This document shows, in pieces, positions 20,830 through 30,486 of a DNA stretch of 64,000 nucleotides. The notes beneath the pieces are model-generated. The model saw only the letters and a program-made list of their open reading frames with translations, did no database searches and was not told where the DNA came from. Each line of letters begins with the position of its first letter. Within the stretch, counting starts at the first letter, position 1. The DNA comes from an uncultured Candidatus Saccharibacteria bacterium. GTDB taxonomy: Bacteria; Patescibacteriota; Minisyncoccia; Phycocordibacterales; PALSA-1337. Both the position numbers and the translations under genes were made by a program. The stretch lies in assembly GCA_964467225.1 (NCBI GenBank), contig CAYXPQ010000001.1:6812-70811 (forward strand). Direction: 5' to 3'.

Positions 20830-22404
20830 TTATTGACTATTTCTACATCTACCCAGCTGCGTCTTGGAATCGTTTATGTATGGACCTGCGGAAATTTTTG
20901 TTTGATCTAACTGTGTTCTAGCGTCCTGGATATCCTTTGCACTTGTCAGACTCATTGTTGTTGAAAGTTGAGATAATTTCTGGCTTGCAACATTTAGTTC
21001 TTCCAGAGTTCTTGCAGTATTTGCTGTACTTCTGATCTCTCTCATTGTTGTAAGTCTCTTCTCTGCTTCTTCAAATTGAGCTTTAAGTGTGTCTCGTGTT
21101 GGTGTTATTTTTAGAATCGCAGCTTTTACTTCATTTAATCTTGCGGAGAAGGCGCTTAGGTCCCAGTATGGTCGGTTAGGTGTAGTTAATAGTGTATTGA
21201 AACAGGCTACTGCGTCTTTGTAGTCAGTATCTATAGAGTTATATATTTCATAGCTCTGCTTCTTCAAGTCTACATAGTCAGTTGTTAGCTTCAGTGGATT
21301 TTCTATAGTACTCAATACTTGTGTTCTTAGAGTTTCGATTTGCGAAGACGAACCTTCACCATTATTTAGATTGTTTATATAAGAACTACTATCTCCTGGA
21401 CCACTTCCACTTACTGAGCCAAGTCCCTTTGTTAATACTTGGGTAATCAATTGTGCTACTAAAGCATTTACTATTTCATTTATTTCATCTGCAAGCTCAA
21501 GTTGTCTTAGACCAGATCCAAGTTGATTCTCAAGTGAACTAGAAATAACAGATCCTGGTGTTTGGATTTCACATGTTTGATGTTTACTAACTTCTTGTTT
21601 TGCATAGAACTCCTCTTCACTTCCCTTTTCTGCTTTATCCAAATCTTGTTTAGCGTACAATGCTTCCTCAGATCCATCATCTTTACACTTTTTCCATGAT
21701 AAGAATCCCTTGCCTTGATTAATCTCTTCTCTTTGTTGAGATCTGGCACTTGCAACTCTCCAAGATAGATCTGCTTCAGCTTGCAAATATGCACCATAGA
21801 CATTGTTCTGGGGTTCGGTAGACAGACTGACGAAAGCTGGCCAGCCTCCTTGTTTGAAATCCCCAGCTGTAAATCCATTTATTGATGCATTCTCAACTGC
21901 ATTTTTTGTATTTTTGATTATTGTATTTAGGGTACAAGTATATCTTTTCATCACGTTTGGGTGATATTTAAACCTTAGTGCAATTTGAATATCGATGCTA
22001 AACGGTGAACAAAGACTTGTGAGTGGACCTCCATATTTTGCAAGAAATGCACCTGTTACTTGATCTGCTACATCAAGGAAGAATGCTCCAGGATTCTGTA
22101 GAAATGAAGGACTTCCTTCGAAACCAGAATTAATCCAATTAACAACACTTTGAGTCATTTGCCTTACGACTTGTTTTACAAGAACATTAAGCAATCCGTC
22201 CAATACGAATTCCTTTAATTGGAGCGAGTATGTTGAAGCGCTTGAAACAACACTGCTAGCAGCTGTAATAGTGTTTTGGGCTATGTTACCAGCGTCTATG
22301 GTTGCTAGTTGAGCATTAGCTTTTTGAGGAATAAAAATCTGTGGAATAATAAAACTTATTATGAGTATTCCGGATATTAATTTTTTAATAAAAGAAAAAT
22401 TCAT
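20830..22404 (-). CDS. Secreted coiled-coil hypothetical protein
   Basis: Signal peptide. Internal duplicated (L/F)YAKQ(D/E)..K motif. Confidence 0.55.
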   Translation of the reverse strand: MNFSFIKKLISGILIISFIIPQIFIPQKANAQLATIDAGNIAQNTITAASSVVSSASTYSLQLKEFVLDGLLNVLVKQVVRQMTQSVVNWINSGFEGSPSFLQNPGAFFLDVADQVTGAFLAKYGGPLTSLCSPFSIDIQIALRFKYHPNVMKRYTCTLNTIIKNTKNAVENASINGFTAGDFKQGGWPAFVSLSTEPQNNVYGAYLQAEADLSWRVASARSQQREEINQGKGFLSWKKCKDDGSEEALYAKQDLDKAEKGSEEEFYAKQEVSKHQTCEIQTPGSVISSSLENQLGSGLRQLELADEINEIVNALVAQLITQVLTKGLGSVSGSGPGDSSSYINNLNNGEGSSSQIETLRTQVLSTIENPLKLTTDYVDLKKQSYEIYNSIDTDYKDAVACFNTLLTTPNRPYWDLSAFSARLNEVKAAILKITPTRDTLKAQFEEAEKRLTTMREIRSTANTARTLEELNVASQKLSQLSTTMSLTSAKDIQDARTQLDQTKISAGPYINDSKTQLGRCRNSQ

Positions 22405-22410
22405 AATTGT

Positions 22411-23277
22411 CTAATTTGGAATGAAAAATGAACCGCCTTCGTTGTCGTTATATTTCAAACTTAATGAAGTTAATTTGTTTTTGATGTTTAATATTGCATC
22501 AGCAAAAATCTGAACAGTCGGAGTATATCTAGCTACAGCTTGTACTCCCGCAAGCGGGTCTACATCTGATATTCTTAATTTCTCTACAATAAATACCAGA
22601 GAACTTACAGAATTTATTAGATCTATATGCATTTTGGACATTAATTGAGGGACTTCAACATTCAATAAACCATTCAGAATATTTTTGTAACTTTTTATTA
22701 TTGGGTCAAGCTCTTTTAGAATTGCAGGATTCTCTTTGTCGAATGAGTCTTTTGCAATTACGGCTTCATTTCTTGAAGAAATTGAATATGTTTTGAAAAC
22801 ATAACCAGCGTCATTTGCATATTTTCTTATTACATCCACACTATCATTGTTAATTATTTTGAGATTGATTATTGAATACTCCTTCGGAGAAGCTAACATT
22901 ACTCCACTCTGAATGACCTGACCAACCAATTCTTCTTGGCTGGCTTTATCATTTGCATACCCCATCTGTCTGAGTTCCATGTATCTTGCAAAAAAGTCTC
23001 TGCCAAGTAGGTCGGTGGAACTAAGCTTGTCTTTCGATTTGGTCAAATCAGTTGATTTTGAAGTGCTCGCTATGTCATTGGCTTCCAAAATTTTTTGCCA
23101 ATCTACAGATGCCTTGGGATTATCTGGACTAACTATGCTTACAGGATTATTTTTGTATACAATTTCTGATCTATTATTTCTATATTCAGCAACAAAAAAA
23201 GCAACACCTACTAAGCCTATCGCTACTAGGATCATTAACACATTTTTTGTGCTTCCTTTATTGTATAAATACTTCAC
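22411..23277 (-). CDS. N-terminally membrane-anchored hypothetical protein (first gene of T4SS-like operon)
   Basis: 288 aa with a single N-terminal TM helix. Confidence 0.55.
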   Translation of the reverse strand: MKYLYNKGSTKNVLMILVAIGLVGVAFFVAEYRNNRSEIVYKNNPVSIVSPDNPKASVDWQKILEANDIASTSKSTDLTKSKDKLSSTDLLGRDFFARYMELRQMGYANDKASQEELVGQVIQSGVMLASPKEYSIINLKIINNDSVDVIRKYANDAGYVFKTYSISSRNEAVIAKDSFDKENPAILKELDPIIKSYKNILNGLLNVEVPQLMSKMHIDLINSVSSLVFIVEKLRISDVDPLAGVQAVARYTPTVQIFADAILNIKNKLTSLSLKYNDNEGGSFFIPN

Positions 23278-23329
23278 TGGGCAGTATTTGAAATATAATC
23301 AAAATACTTGATAAATTATATCAATTTTA

Positions 23330-24121
23330 CTAGTTATTTCCTACGATTTTTTTCCACATTTCAGGGGATAAGTTCTCTGCTCTTATGTCTTTTGGCAAAT
23401 TTTGTCTTTCCCAAATTTTATCAAGAGTAATTCTAGGTATTTTATCTTCCAAATTATTAATTAGAAACTTTCTTTTGTGAGCAAAACCAGCTTTAAGTAT
23501 TTCAAAAAATACTTTCTCATCAATTTCAGGATTTTCGAAGAAATTTTTTGAAATTTTATCAATAATTAACACTGCAGAATCGACGTTTGGTATTGGTCTA
23601 AAGAATTTCCGTGGCACAGTGACTAAATATCTAGGATTTCCATAGACTTTTACTGAAATTGATAGAATACTTTGTTTCTCATCCACTATTCTCTTGGCAA
23701 GTTCCCTTTGTAGCATAACTACGATTCTGTTAGGAGAATTATCAATTTCCAGGAATTTCCTTAGAAATTCACCACTGATGTAATATGGAATATTGGCTAT
23801 AATTGTGTAATTGTCCTTAGAAAAGAGCTTAAAATCAAGGTTAAAATCTAAAATATCGTGATGAATAAGCTTTAGTTGTCCGGATTTAATATTTTCTGAG
23901 AATTTATCTTGTAGAAATGGTATTGCTCTATTGTCTTTTTCTATTGCTACAACTTTCGCCCCTGTCTTTAGCAGGGCTTCAGTAAGCGCTCCTTTGCCTG
24001 GCCCAACTTCTAAAACCAAGGATTTGTCAGATACTTCTCCAGCATGAACCATTGCCGATATAACATTCGGTGCGTGTAAGAAATTTTGGCCTAATGACTT
24101 TTTTGCGGTGAAGTTTTCCAT
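23330..24121 (-). CDS. rsmA: 16S rRNA (adenine1518/1519-N6)-dimethyltransferase
   Basis: QNFL...VLEVGPGKGALT SAM-binding motif. Confidence 0.92.
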   Translation of the reverse strand: MENFTAKKSLGQNFLHAPNVISAMVHAGEVSDKSLVLEVGPGKGALTEALLKTGAKVVAIEKDNRAIPFLQDKFSENIKSGQLKLIHHDILDFNLDFKLFSKDNYTIIANIPYYISGEFLRKFLEIDNSPNRIVVMLQRELAKRIVDEKQSILSISVKVYGNPRYLVTVPRKFFRPIPNVDSAVLIIDKISKNFFENPEIDEKVFFEILKAGFAHKRKFLINNLEDKIPRITLDKIWERQNLPKDIRAENLSPEMWKKIVGNN

Positions 24122-26076
24122 TAAAAATCTATAAAAATTGCTTTTAATCCTGATGGTTGTTCTGAATCTCCTGTTGAAGTTATGTGTTCATCACCAATAT
24201 CAGAAATAAAGCTAGATGGAGTATTAACTTTTTGTGACCCATATATGGTTCTAAGTTGAGAATAGCTTAAAAATACTTTTTTTCTTGCTCGTGTTAATGC
24301 CACATAGAATAATCTTCTCTCTTCTTCAGTTTGACTTTGACTTACCTTCTCATCATTCATTCTTTGGTGAGGAAACAGATCTTCTTCAAGTCCCACAATA
24401 AAGACATAATCAAATTCCAGACCCTTTGATGCATGTACTGTCATTAGCCTAACAGCATTATTTGTATTTTCCAATTCATCTTGATCGGTAGATAATGCAG
24501 AGTTTTCTAAAAATTTCTCAACACCTTCTGGTGCGGGTAAATAATCATATTGAGAAGCAAAAGTTACTAATTCGCGCAAATTTTCTAATTTATCTTGTTC
24601 TTCTAAAGTTCCATTTTTATATGAATTTTCTATTCCTGTTTCTTTTATAATAAATTTAATTAATTGGGATGGGGTTTGTGTATTAGCGATGCTTTTGATT
24701 TGTTCCAAAAGATTAAGAAATACTGAAACTTTATTTCGTAGAGCTGGTCCCAATGTGTTTTCTTGTTCCGTCACAACTTTTAAAATAGTTGCCTTCCCTA
24801 TTCCTCGTGGGGGAACATTTACAATTCTTACAAGATCGCTAGTACTCTCTCTGTTTAAACCGGCTTTTATAAAAGAGATTACGTCTTTTATTTCCTTTCT
24901 TTCAAAGAATTTTGTGCCCAGGATTTGATAAGGGATATTTTTGTTTAAGAATGCTTCTTCAATAACTCTAGATTGAAAATTAGCTCTATAAAGAATTGCA
25001 ATTTCCTTAGGATCTGAGCCATTTTCTATTAATTCCCTTGCTTTGTCAGCCACAACCCTAGCCTCTTCTTGTTCTGTATATGAAATAAATAATTCTATTT
25101 TTTCTCCCTCAATATTTTTTGTAAAAAGGTTCTTTTCTTTTCTTAATAAATTTTTCTTTATAACGTTGTTGGCTGCTGTGAGGATGGTTTGTGTTGAACG
25201 ATAATTCTCTTCAAGCAATATAACTTTAGCTTCTGGGTATTCTTTTTCAAAATTTAATAAATTGGCAATGTCTGCGCCTCTCCAGCTATAAATATTTTGA
25301 TCAACATCCCCAACTACACAAATATTTCTATGTTCTTGAGCTAATAATGTGGCTATTTCATATTGAACTTTGTTTGTATCCTGATACTCATCAATGTGAA
25401 TATAATTCCAAACAGAACTATAATGCTTTCTAACTTCGAGATTGTTTCTCAATAGAATCGCAGTTTTTAGTAGCAAGTCATCAAAGTCTAATGATTTTTC
25501 TTTTGAAATTACACTTTCATATCTCTCCCATACTTGAGCTACTAATTTTTGAAAAAAATCCTTAAAATTATTTTTGTATGAATTTAGAGTTATACCATCT
25601 CCCTTTTGTCTTGATATCGCTCCCAGAATAGTTCCAGGTTCATACTGTTTGGTGTCGTAGCCAAGCTCTTCCAGTGCATTCTTAACAATCCTCTTGGAAT
25701 CTCCTCTATCTAAAATAGTAAAATGTCTTGGAATACCCAATAAACTACTATTTTCTTTAATAATATGCACCCCTAAAGAGTGAAATGTACTTATAAAAGG
25801 CTTTTCGTTAAAAGATATAGGAATATTTAAGGTTTTGTCACTTTCAATAAGCTGAAACACCCTCTCTCGCATCTCTTTTGCAGCTTTGTTTGTGAAGGTT
25901 ATTGCTAAAATCCTTGAAGGTTCAATTCCGGATTTGATAAGATTCAGTATTCTGTGAGTTATGGTTTTTGTTTTACCTGCTCCAGCACCCGCTACTATAA
26001 GTAGTGGCCCATTGAGAGTCTCCACTGCCTCCTTCTGTCTTAAATTTAGAGATGATTCAGATTTACTTGATGACAT
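24121..26076 (-). CDS. pcrA: ATP-dependent DNA helicase PcrA/UvrD family
   Basis: GAGAGKT Walker A and UvrD helicase motifs. 651 aa. Confidence 0.92.
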   Translation of the reverse strand: MSSSKSESSLNLRQKEAVETLNGPLLIVAGAGAGKTKTITHRILNLIKSGIEPSRILAITFTNKAAKEMRERVFQLIESDKTLNIPISFNEKPFISTFHSLGVHIIKENSSLLGIPRHFTILDRGDSKRIVKNALEELGYDTKQYEPGTILGAISRQKGDGITLNSYKNNFKDFFQKLVAQVWERYESVISKEKSLDFDDLLLKTAILLRNNLEVRKHYSSVWNYIHIDEYQDTNKVQYEIATLLAQEHRNICVVGDVDQNIYSWRGADIANLLNFEKEYPEAKVILLEENYRSTQTILTAANNVIKKNLLRKEKNLFTKNIEGEKIELFISYTEQEEARVVADKARELIENGSDPKEIAILYRANFQSRVIEEAFLNKNIPYQILGTKFFERKEIKDVISFIKAGLNRESTSDLVRIVNVPPRGIGKATILKVVTEQENTLGPALRNKVSVFLNLLEQIKSIANTQTPSQLIKFIIKETGIENSYKNGTLEEQDKLENLRELVTFASQYDYLPAPEGVEKFLENSALSTDQDELENTNNAVRLMTVHASKGLEFDYVFIVGLEEDLFPHQRMNDEKVSQSQTEEERRLFYVALTRARKKVFLSYSQLRTIYGSQKVNTPSSFISDIGDEHITSTGDSEQPSGLKAIFIDF

Positions 26077-26346
26077 ATCATCACTATATCATGTTGAATT
26101 GCTTTCAATAATAAATTTAATATATTACACAATATCTCCATAACTCTTTCAATGCCATCTTTGACATTTTGGCTATTTAATTATATTAAAATTCAATAGT
26201 AAAAGAGCTATTGACTTTCTTTTAATGGTCGCGTAACCTACTTAGATACCCGACAAATTTAGGTATAAAAATGGCTAATTTAAGCCATTTTCCGAATTAC
26301 TGACACCAATTAAATTGTCTTAAATGACAAATTCCGATATTGCCGA

Positions 26347-27447
26347 ATGACAATTTATGTTATGCAATATTTTACTAAAATAGATAAAAATAATTCTCAA
26401 TTTTCAATGCTTCCAATTGGAGAAGTGTTAATTGTTTTTTTATTAAGTTTAGCTGTTCTAATATATCCGAGCACTGCAAATGCTGGGATATTTTCAATTT
26501 TTACTGATGCAACTAGTGAGGTGGCGGATGCTAAAACTTTAGAATTGGTTGATAATAGAAATTCTCAGAACATTCTTGTTCTTCATGCCGCTGTTAACTC
26601 AGATCCTAATCCAAACAAAAAGATCAGTGATGCTCCCCTAGTGTCGGGAAATGTGTTGGTTGCAGAGATTGGACCTTCAGGAACTGTCTCAGATATTGAG
26701 AAAGAGATCTCGAATAATCAAATAAGCCTATATATTGTTAGAGAGGGAGATACATTGCTCGAAATAGCTAATATGTTCGATGTTACTCCAAATACTATTA
26801 TCTGGGCCAATGATATAGACAGAAATTCAGTGTTAAAGGAAGGTCAAAAGCTAGTTATATTACCTATTTCAGGTATTAAATACACTGTGAAGAAGGGTGA
26901 TACTATAAGAGGTATAGTTTCCAAGCATAAGACAGATCTAAATGAAGTACTAAAGTATAATGATCTAACATTGGCTTCAACTATTTCTCCAGGAGATATT
27001 ATTATCATTCCAGATGCTGAACCAGCAATAGATAGTTCTAAGACTAGCATATTCAAAAAGAATACATCATTATCAACAAAAGACTCACGATTACCATATT
27101 ATCCAGGATATTATATTAGACCTATAGAAGGAGGTTACAGATCACAGGGATTACATGGAACAAATGGAGTTGATCTAGCGGTTTCTCTTGGTACACCAAT
27201 ACGTGCATCAGCTGCTGGTACAATTATAGTTAGCAAGACTGGTGGATGGCATGGAGGGTATGGAAATTACGTTATTATCTCTCATACAAATGGTACTCAA
27301 ACACTATATGCACATACTCAGAAGAACTTTGTAAATGTTGGAGATTATGTTGAACAAGGTCAATTAATTGCTAGAGTTGGAAGTACCGGAAATTCAACAG
27401 GACCACATGTTCACTTTGAAATAAGAGGTGCCAAGAATCCTTTCTAA
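26347..27447 (+). CDS. Cell-wall hydrolase: signal/TM anchor, two LysM domains, C-terminal M23 peptidase
   Basis: LysM motifs YIVREGDTLLEIA and YTVKKGDTIRGIV. M23 motifs HTNG...HxH (GPHVHFE). Confidence 0.88.
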   Translation: MTIYVMQYFTKIDKNNSQFSMLPIGEVLIVFLLSLAVLIYPSTANAGIFSIFTDATSEVADAKTLELVDNRNSQNILVLHAAVNSDPNPNKKISDAPLVSGNVLVAEIGPSGTVSDIEKEISNNQISLYIVREGDTLLEIANMFDVTPNTIIWANDIDRNSVLKEGQKLVILPISGIKYTVKKGDTIRGIVSKHKTDLNEVLKYNDLTLASTISPGDIIIIPDAEPAIDSSKTSIFKKNTSLSTKDSRLPYYPGYYIRPIEGGYRSQGLHGTNGVDLAVSLGTPIRASAAGTIIVSKTGGWHGGYGNYVIISHTNGTQTLYAHTQKNFVNVGDYVEQGQLIARVGSTGNSTGPHVHFEIRGAKNPF

Positions 27448-28968
27448 TTAAATACTCTTCTGCCTGTACTGTATTGCTTCTAGTACATGTTCCCTTTTAA
27501 TATTTGGTGAGCTATCTAGATCAGCTATTGTTTGAGAAAGTTTTATTATTCTGTGATAGGATCTGGCGGACAAGTTGAGTCTTTCAGAAGATTCTTTCAA
27601 TAAAACACTTGCTTCACTATCAATTTCTATAAGATTCTCTATATCTGATAATGACATCTCACTATTGTATTTTTTATTTATACTTCTATTATCAAATCTT
27701 GTTGATTGGATATTTCTAGCTTTCTCTACTCTTTTTTTAATTAAATTAGAACTCTCATTTGCCTCTGATCTAGTTAATAGCTTGTCATAATCAACTTTTG
27801 AAACAGGAATCCACATATCAATTCTATCTACTATTGGTCCTGATATTCTTTTGCTATAGTCATTTATATCTCTATCATTGCAGGTACAGCGTTTTGTATT
27901 TCTAAAACCACATGGACACGGATTCATGGAAGCTATTAGAATACATTTTGCGGGAAATGTTAATGAGCCTTTGGCTCTAGAAATAGTTATTTTATGGTCT
28001 TCTAATGGTTGTCTCAATGATTCTATTACTTTACGATCAAATTCCGGAAATTCATCCAGAAACAGAACCCCTCTATGTGCAAGCGATATTTCTCCAGGTT
28101 GAGGATATGGTCCTCCACCAACCAAAGATACATAAGAAGCAGTATGATGAGGAGATCTAAAAGGTGGTCTCAATATTGGCTCTCTTAGAATTTTTGATAT
28201 TGAATACAGGCTAGTTACTTCTAGTATTTCACCTTCAGTGAGATTAGGTAAAATTGTTTGAAATGCTCTAGCTAGCATGGTTTTGCCTGTTCCTGGAGGT
28301 CCGTACATAACAATATTATGTCCCCCACTAGCAGCAATTTCTAATGCTCTCTTTGCTATTTCTTGACCTCGTATCATATTAAAATCTAACTCAATGATCT
28401 CTGGTTTATGAATGATTTCACTCTTCTCTAATTTTTTAATTTTGAAATTATCTTTTGTTAAATGATTTATAACTTCATTCAATGTTTTGCATGGATATAT
28501 ATCTATTCCATTCACCAACCCAGCTTCGATAGAATTCTCAATCGGTATATAAACTTCTCTATAGCCTAATTCTTTAACACCCTTAATTAGGGGTAATACT
28601 CCACTCACTCTTCTAATTTCTCCATTTAATGATAATTCACCAAGAAATATCTTATCATTTGGATTAAAACAAATATCTGTACTAGCCATAAGATAAGCTA
28701 ATGCCATTCCGAGATCAAAAGATGGACCTTCTTTCCTAATATCTGCTGGAGCAAGCGATATAACAACTTTCTGGTTTTTTTGTTTTGGGGAAATGTAGCC
28801 ACTATTCTTTATAGCTGCGGAGATTCTGTCTTTTGATTCATCAATGGCTTTGTCTCCTAATCCAACTATTGAAAATGAATGTAAACCATTTGATAAATCC
28901 ACCTCAATACTAATAATATGTGCACTTAATCCATATAATTGAGCACTAAAAATTTTTGATATATTCAT
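27448..28968 (-). CDS. comM: YifB/ComM family Mg-chelatase-like AAA+ ATPase (competence protein ComM)
   Basis: N-terminal Lon-like domain. Walker A GPPGTGKT. C-terminal ChlI domain. Confidence 0.9.
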   Translation of the reverse strand: MNISKIFSAQLYGLSAHIISIEVDLSNGLHSFSIVGLGDKAIDESKDRISAAIKNSGYISPKQKNQKVVISLAPADIRKEGPSFDLGMALAYLMASTDICFNPNDKIFLGELSLNGEIRRVSGVLPLIKGVKELGYREVYIPIENSIEAGLVNGIDIYPCKTLNEVINHLTKDNFKIKKLEKSEIIHKPEIIELDFNMIRGQEIAKRALEIAASGGHNIVMYGPPGTGKTMLARAFQTILPNLTEGEILEVTSLYSISKILREPILRPPFRSPHHTASYVSLVGGGPYPQPGEISLAHRGVLFLDEFPEFDRKVIESLRQPLEDHKITISRAKGSLTFPAKCILIASMNPCPCGFRNTKRCTCNDRDINDYSKRISGPIVDRIDMWIPVSKVDYDKLLTRSEANESSNLIKKRVEKARNIQSTRFDNRSINKKYNSEMSLSDIENLIEIDSEASVLLKESSERLNLSARSYHRIIKLSQTIADLDSSPNIKREHVLEAIQYRQKSI

Positions 28969-29054
28969 ATATATCAATATACATAATTAGGTATTAAGAA
29001 AAGCTTAAGAAAAGTGTCAAAAATTACCATTTCACAATAAAAAAGTGAAAATGG

Positions 29055-29420
29055 CTATTTTTTCATACTACCGATAGATGTTCTAGCAGAAGGATTGGCC
29101 TCCAATCTCTCTTTTTCAATAGGTTTACCAGAAATTTCACAAATACCATAAGTACCATCATCTATTCGCTGAAGTGCAGCTTTTACTTCATTAAGTTGAG
29201 GCTCTAGTTGGTTTAAAATAGACTTATTATCCTCAAGCTCCTCCATTTTGTCTGCAACTTCATTTTCGTCAGCGGAATCAACCTCCATATCTGAAGCTGT
29301 TGCTTCCCAATCGCTTGGATTATCTGGATTTATCCTGCTTATAGTTGAAAGTTCTTCCTCCAGTAATATCTTCTCCTTTTCTAGTTTATCCTTGAAATAT
29401 TTTATGTCTTGTTTATCCAT
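29055..29420 (-). CDS. DksA/TraR family protein
   Basis: Coiled-coil N-terminus with acidic tip (DSADENE). C-terminal zinc-finger-like region with a single Cys. Confidence 0.65.
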   Translation of the reverse strand: MDKQDIKYFKDKLEKEKILLEEELSTISRINPDNPSDWEATASDMEVDSADENEVADKMEELEDNKSILNQLEPQLNEVKAALQRIDDGTYGICEISGKPIEKERLEANPSARTSIGSMKK

Positions 29421-29432
29421 GATGCTTATATT

Positions 29433-30467
29433 TTACCTTAAATAACTCTGCTTTTCAATCTTTTCTATAATTTTCATAAGTGCTTCTTCATTTGTTGTAA
29501 TAATTAATGTATTTTTGTCTACAAAAGAGTAAAGTATTAGTATTTCTCCGTTCTCACTTATAAACTCTCTTACATCTCTATTAAGTATTGTTCTATCTTG
29601 AAATCTACCTCTTATTGTAAAGAATGAACTAAGAGTTGTTGTGCTATTCTCTTGCCTAGCCCTATTCTCATAATTAAAGGCAATTGCCATTTCGTCAGCC
29701 ATGTTATTCTCCCATTTCAACATTCCAGCAAAAGTATTTTGGAAAAAGTCCGTTGTAAGTATAATAAATGGAACTTTGCCTGAATCTTCATTTAATGTTC
29801 CTAACATCCACTTTTTTGTCAGTGATCTATTGAAGCTTTCAGGTACACTAGTATCTAGCATTTGGAAGAATTGAGCAGCTTCAATTTTAGAAGTTGTAGA
29901 CCCAGTATTATTCGTAAGAATATATTCATTAACCTTATTAATATCTATCTTATCGTTAAATAAAACCTCTTTTATTTTGAATGGAAAATCAGAGCTCTTA
30001 ATTGTACCTAATTCAATAATTTGTTGATTATCAGCTTTTATTATTCCAGGAATTATATTATTCTGTCTGGTCTGAGGAGTTGGTAATGCTAGGGGACTTT
30101 GTAAATATAGATAATAACCACCTCCAATTCCTCCAGCAATTAAAATAATACTTAAAAGTAGCATAATAAATTTTTTAAAGCTTCCAGATGAAGGTTTTGT
30201 TTTGTTACTAATTGTCGCTGATTGAGTGTCACCCTCCTTTTTATTTTCTTCAATAGCTATGTTTAATACTGAAGTTTTTTTGCTCGCGATTGCCTCTGCT
30301 ATGTCGCTTTCATAAGTCCTAATAGGTTTTTGTAATACAATTTTAGGCTTATTCCCTGGATCGACTTGATCGTGTAGTATTTGCAAAGGATGTTCATTCA
30401 AATTAGGAATTTCTTTTTTAACAAGAGACTCAACCTCGTCTTGAAGTGTTTTCTTCTCTTCATTCAT
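29433..30467 (-). CDS. Single-pass membrane hypothetical protein
   Basis: 344 aa. TM helix around MLLLSIILIAGGIGGGYYLYL. Confidence 0.55.
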   Translation of the reverse strand: MNEEKKTLQDEVESLVKKEIPNLNEHPLQILHDQVDPGNKPKIVLQKPIRTYESDIAEAIASKKTSVLNIAIEENKKEGDTQSATISNKTKPSSGSFKKFIMLLLSIILIAGGIGGGYYLYLQSPLALPTPQTRQNNIIPGIIKADNQQIIELGTIKSSDFPFKIKEVLFNDKIDINKVNEYILTNNTGSTTSKIEAAQFFQMLDTSVPESFNRSLTKKWMLGTLNEDSGKVPFIILTTDFFQNTFAGMLKWENNMADEMAIAFNYENRARQENSTTTLSSFFTIRGRFQDRTILNRDVREFISENGEILILYSFVDKNTLIITTNEEALMKIIEKIEKQSYLR

Positions 30468-30486
30468 ATTGATTGATTATATCACC

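Noticed and set aside
21507-21878. 123-aa ORF inside the 20830-22404 gene (same strand, other frame)
   Set aside because: Alternative-frame ORF within a longer coherent secreted-protein ORF. No independent support.
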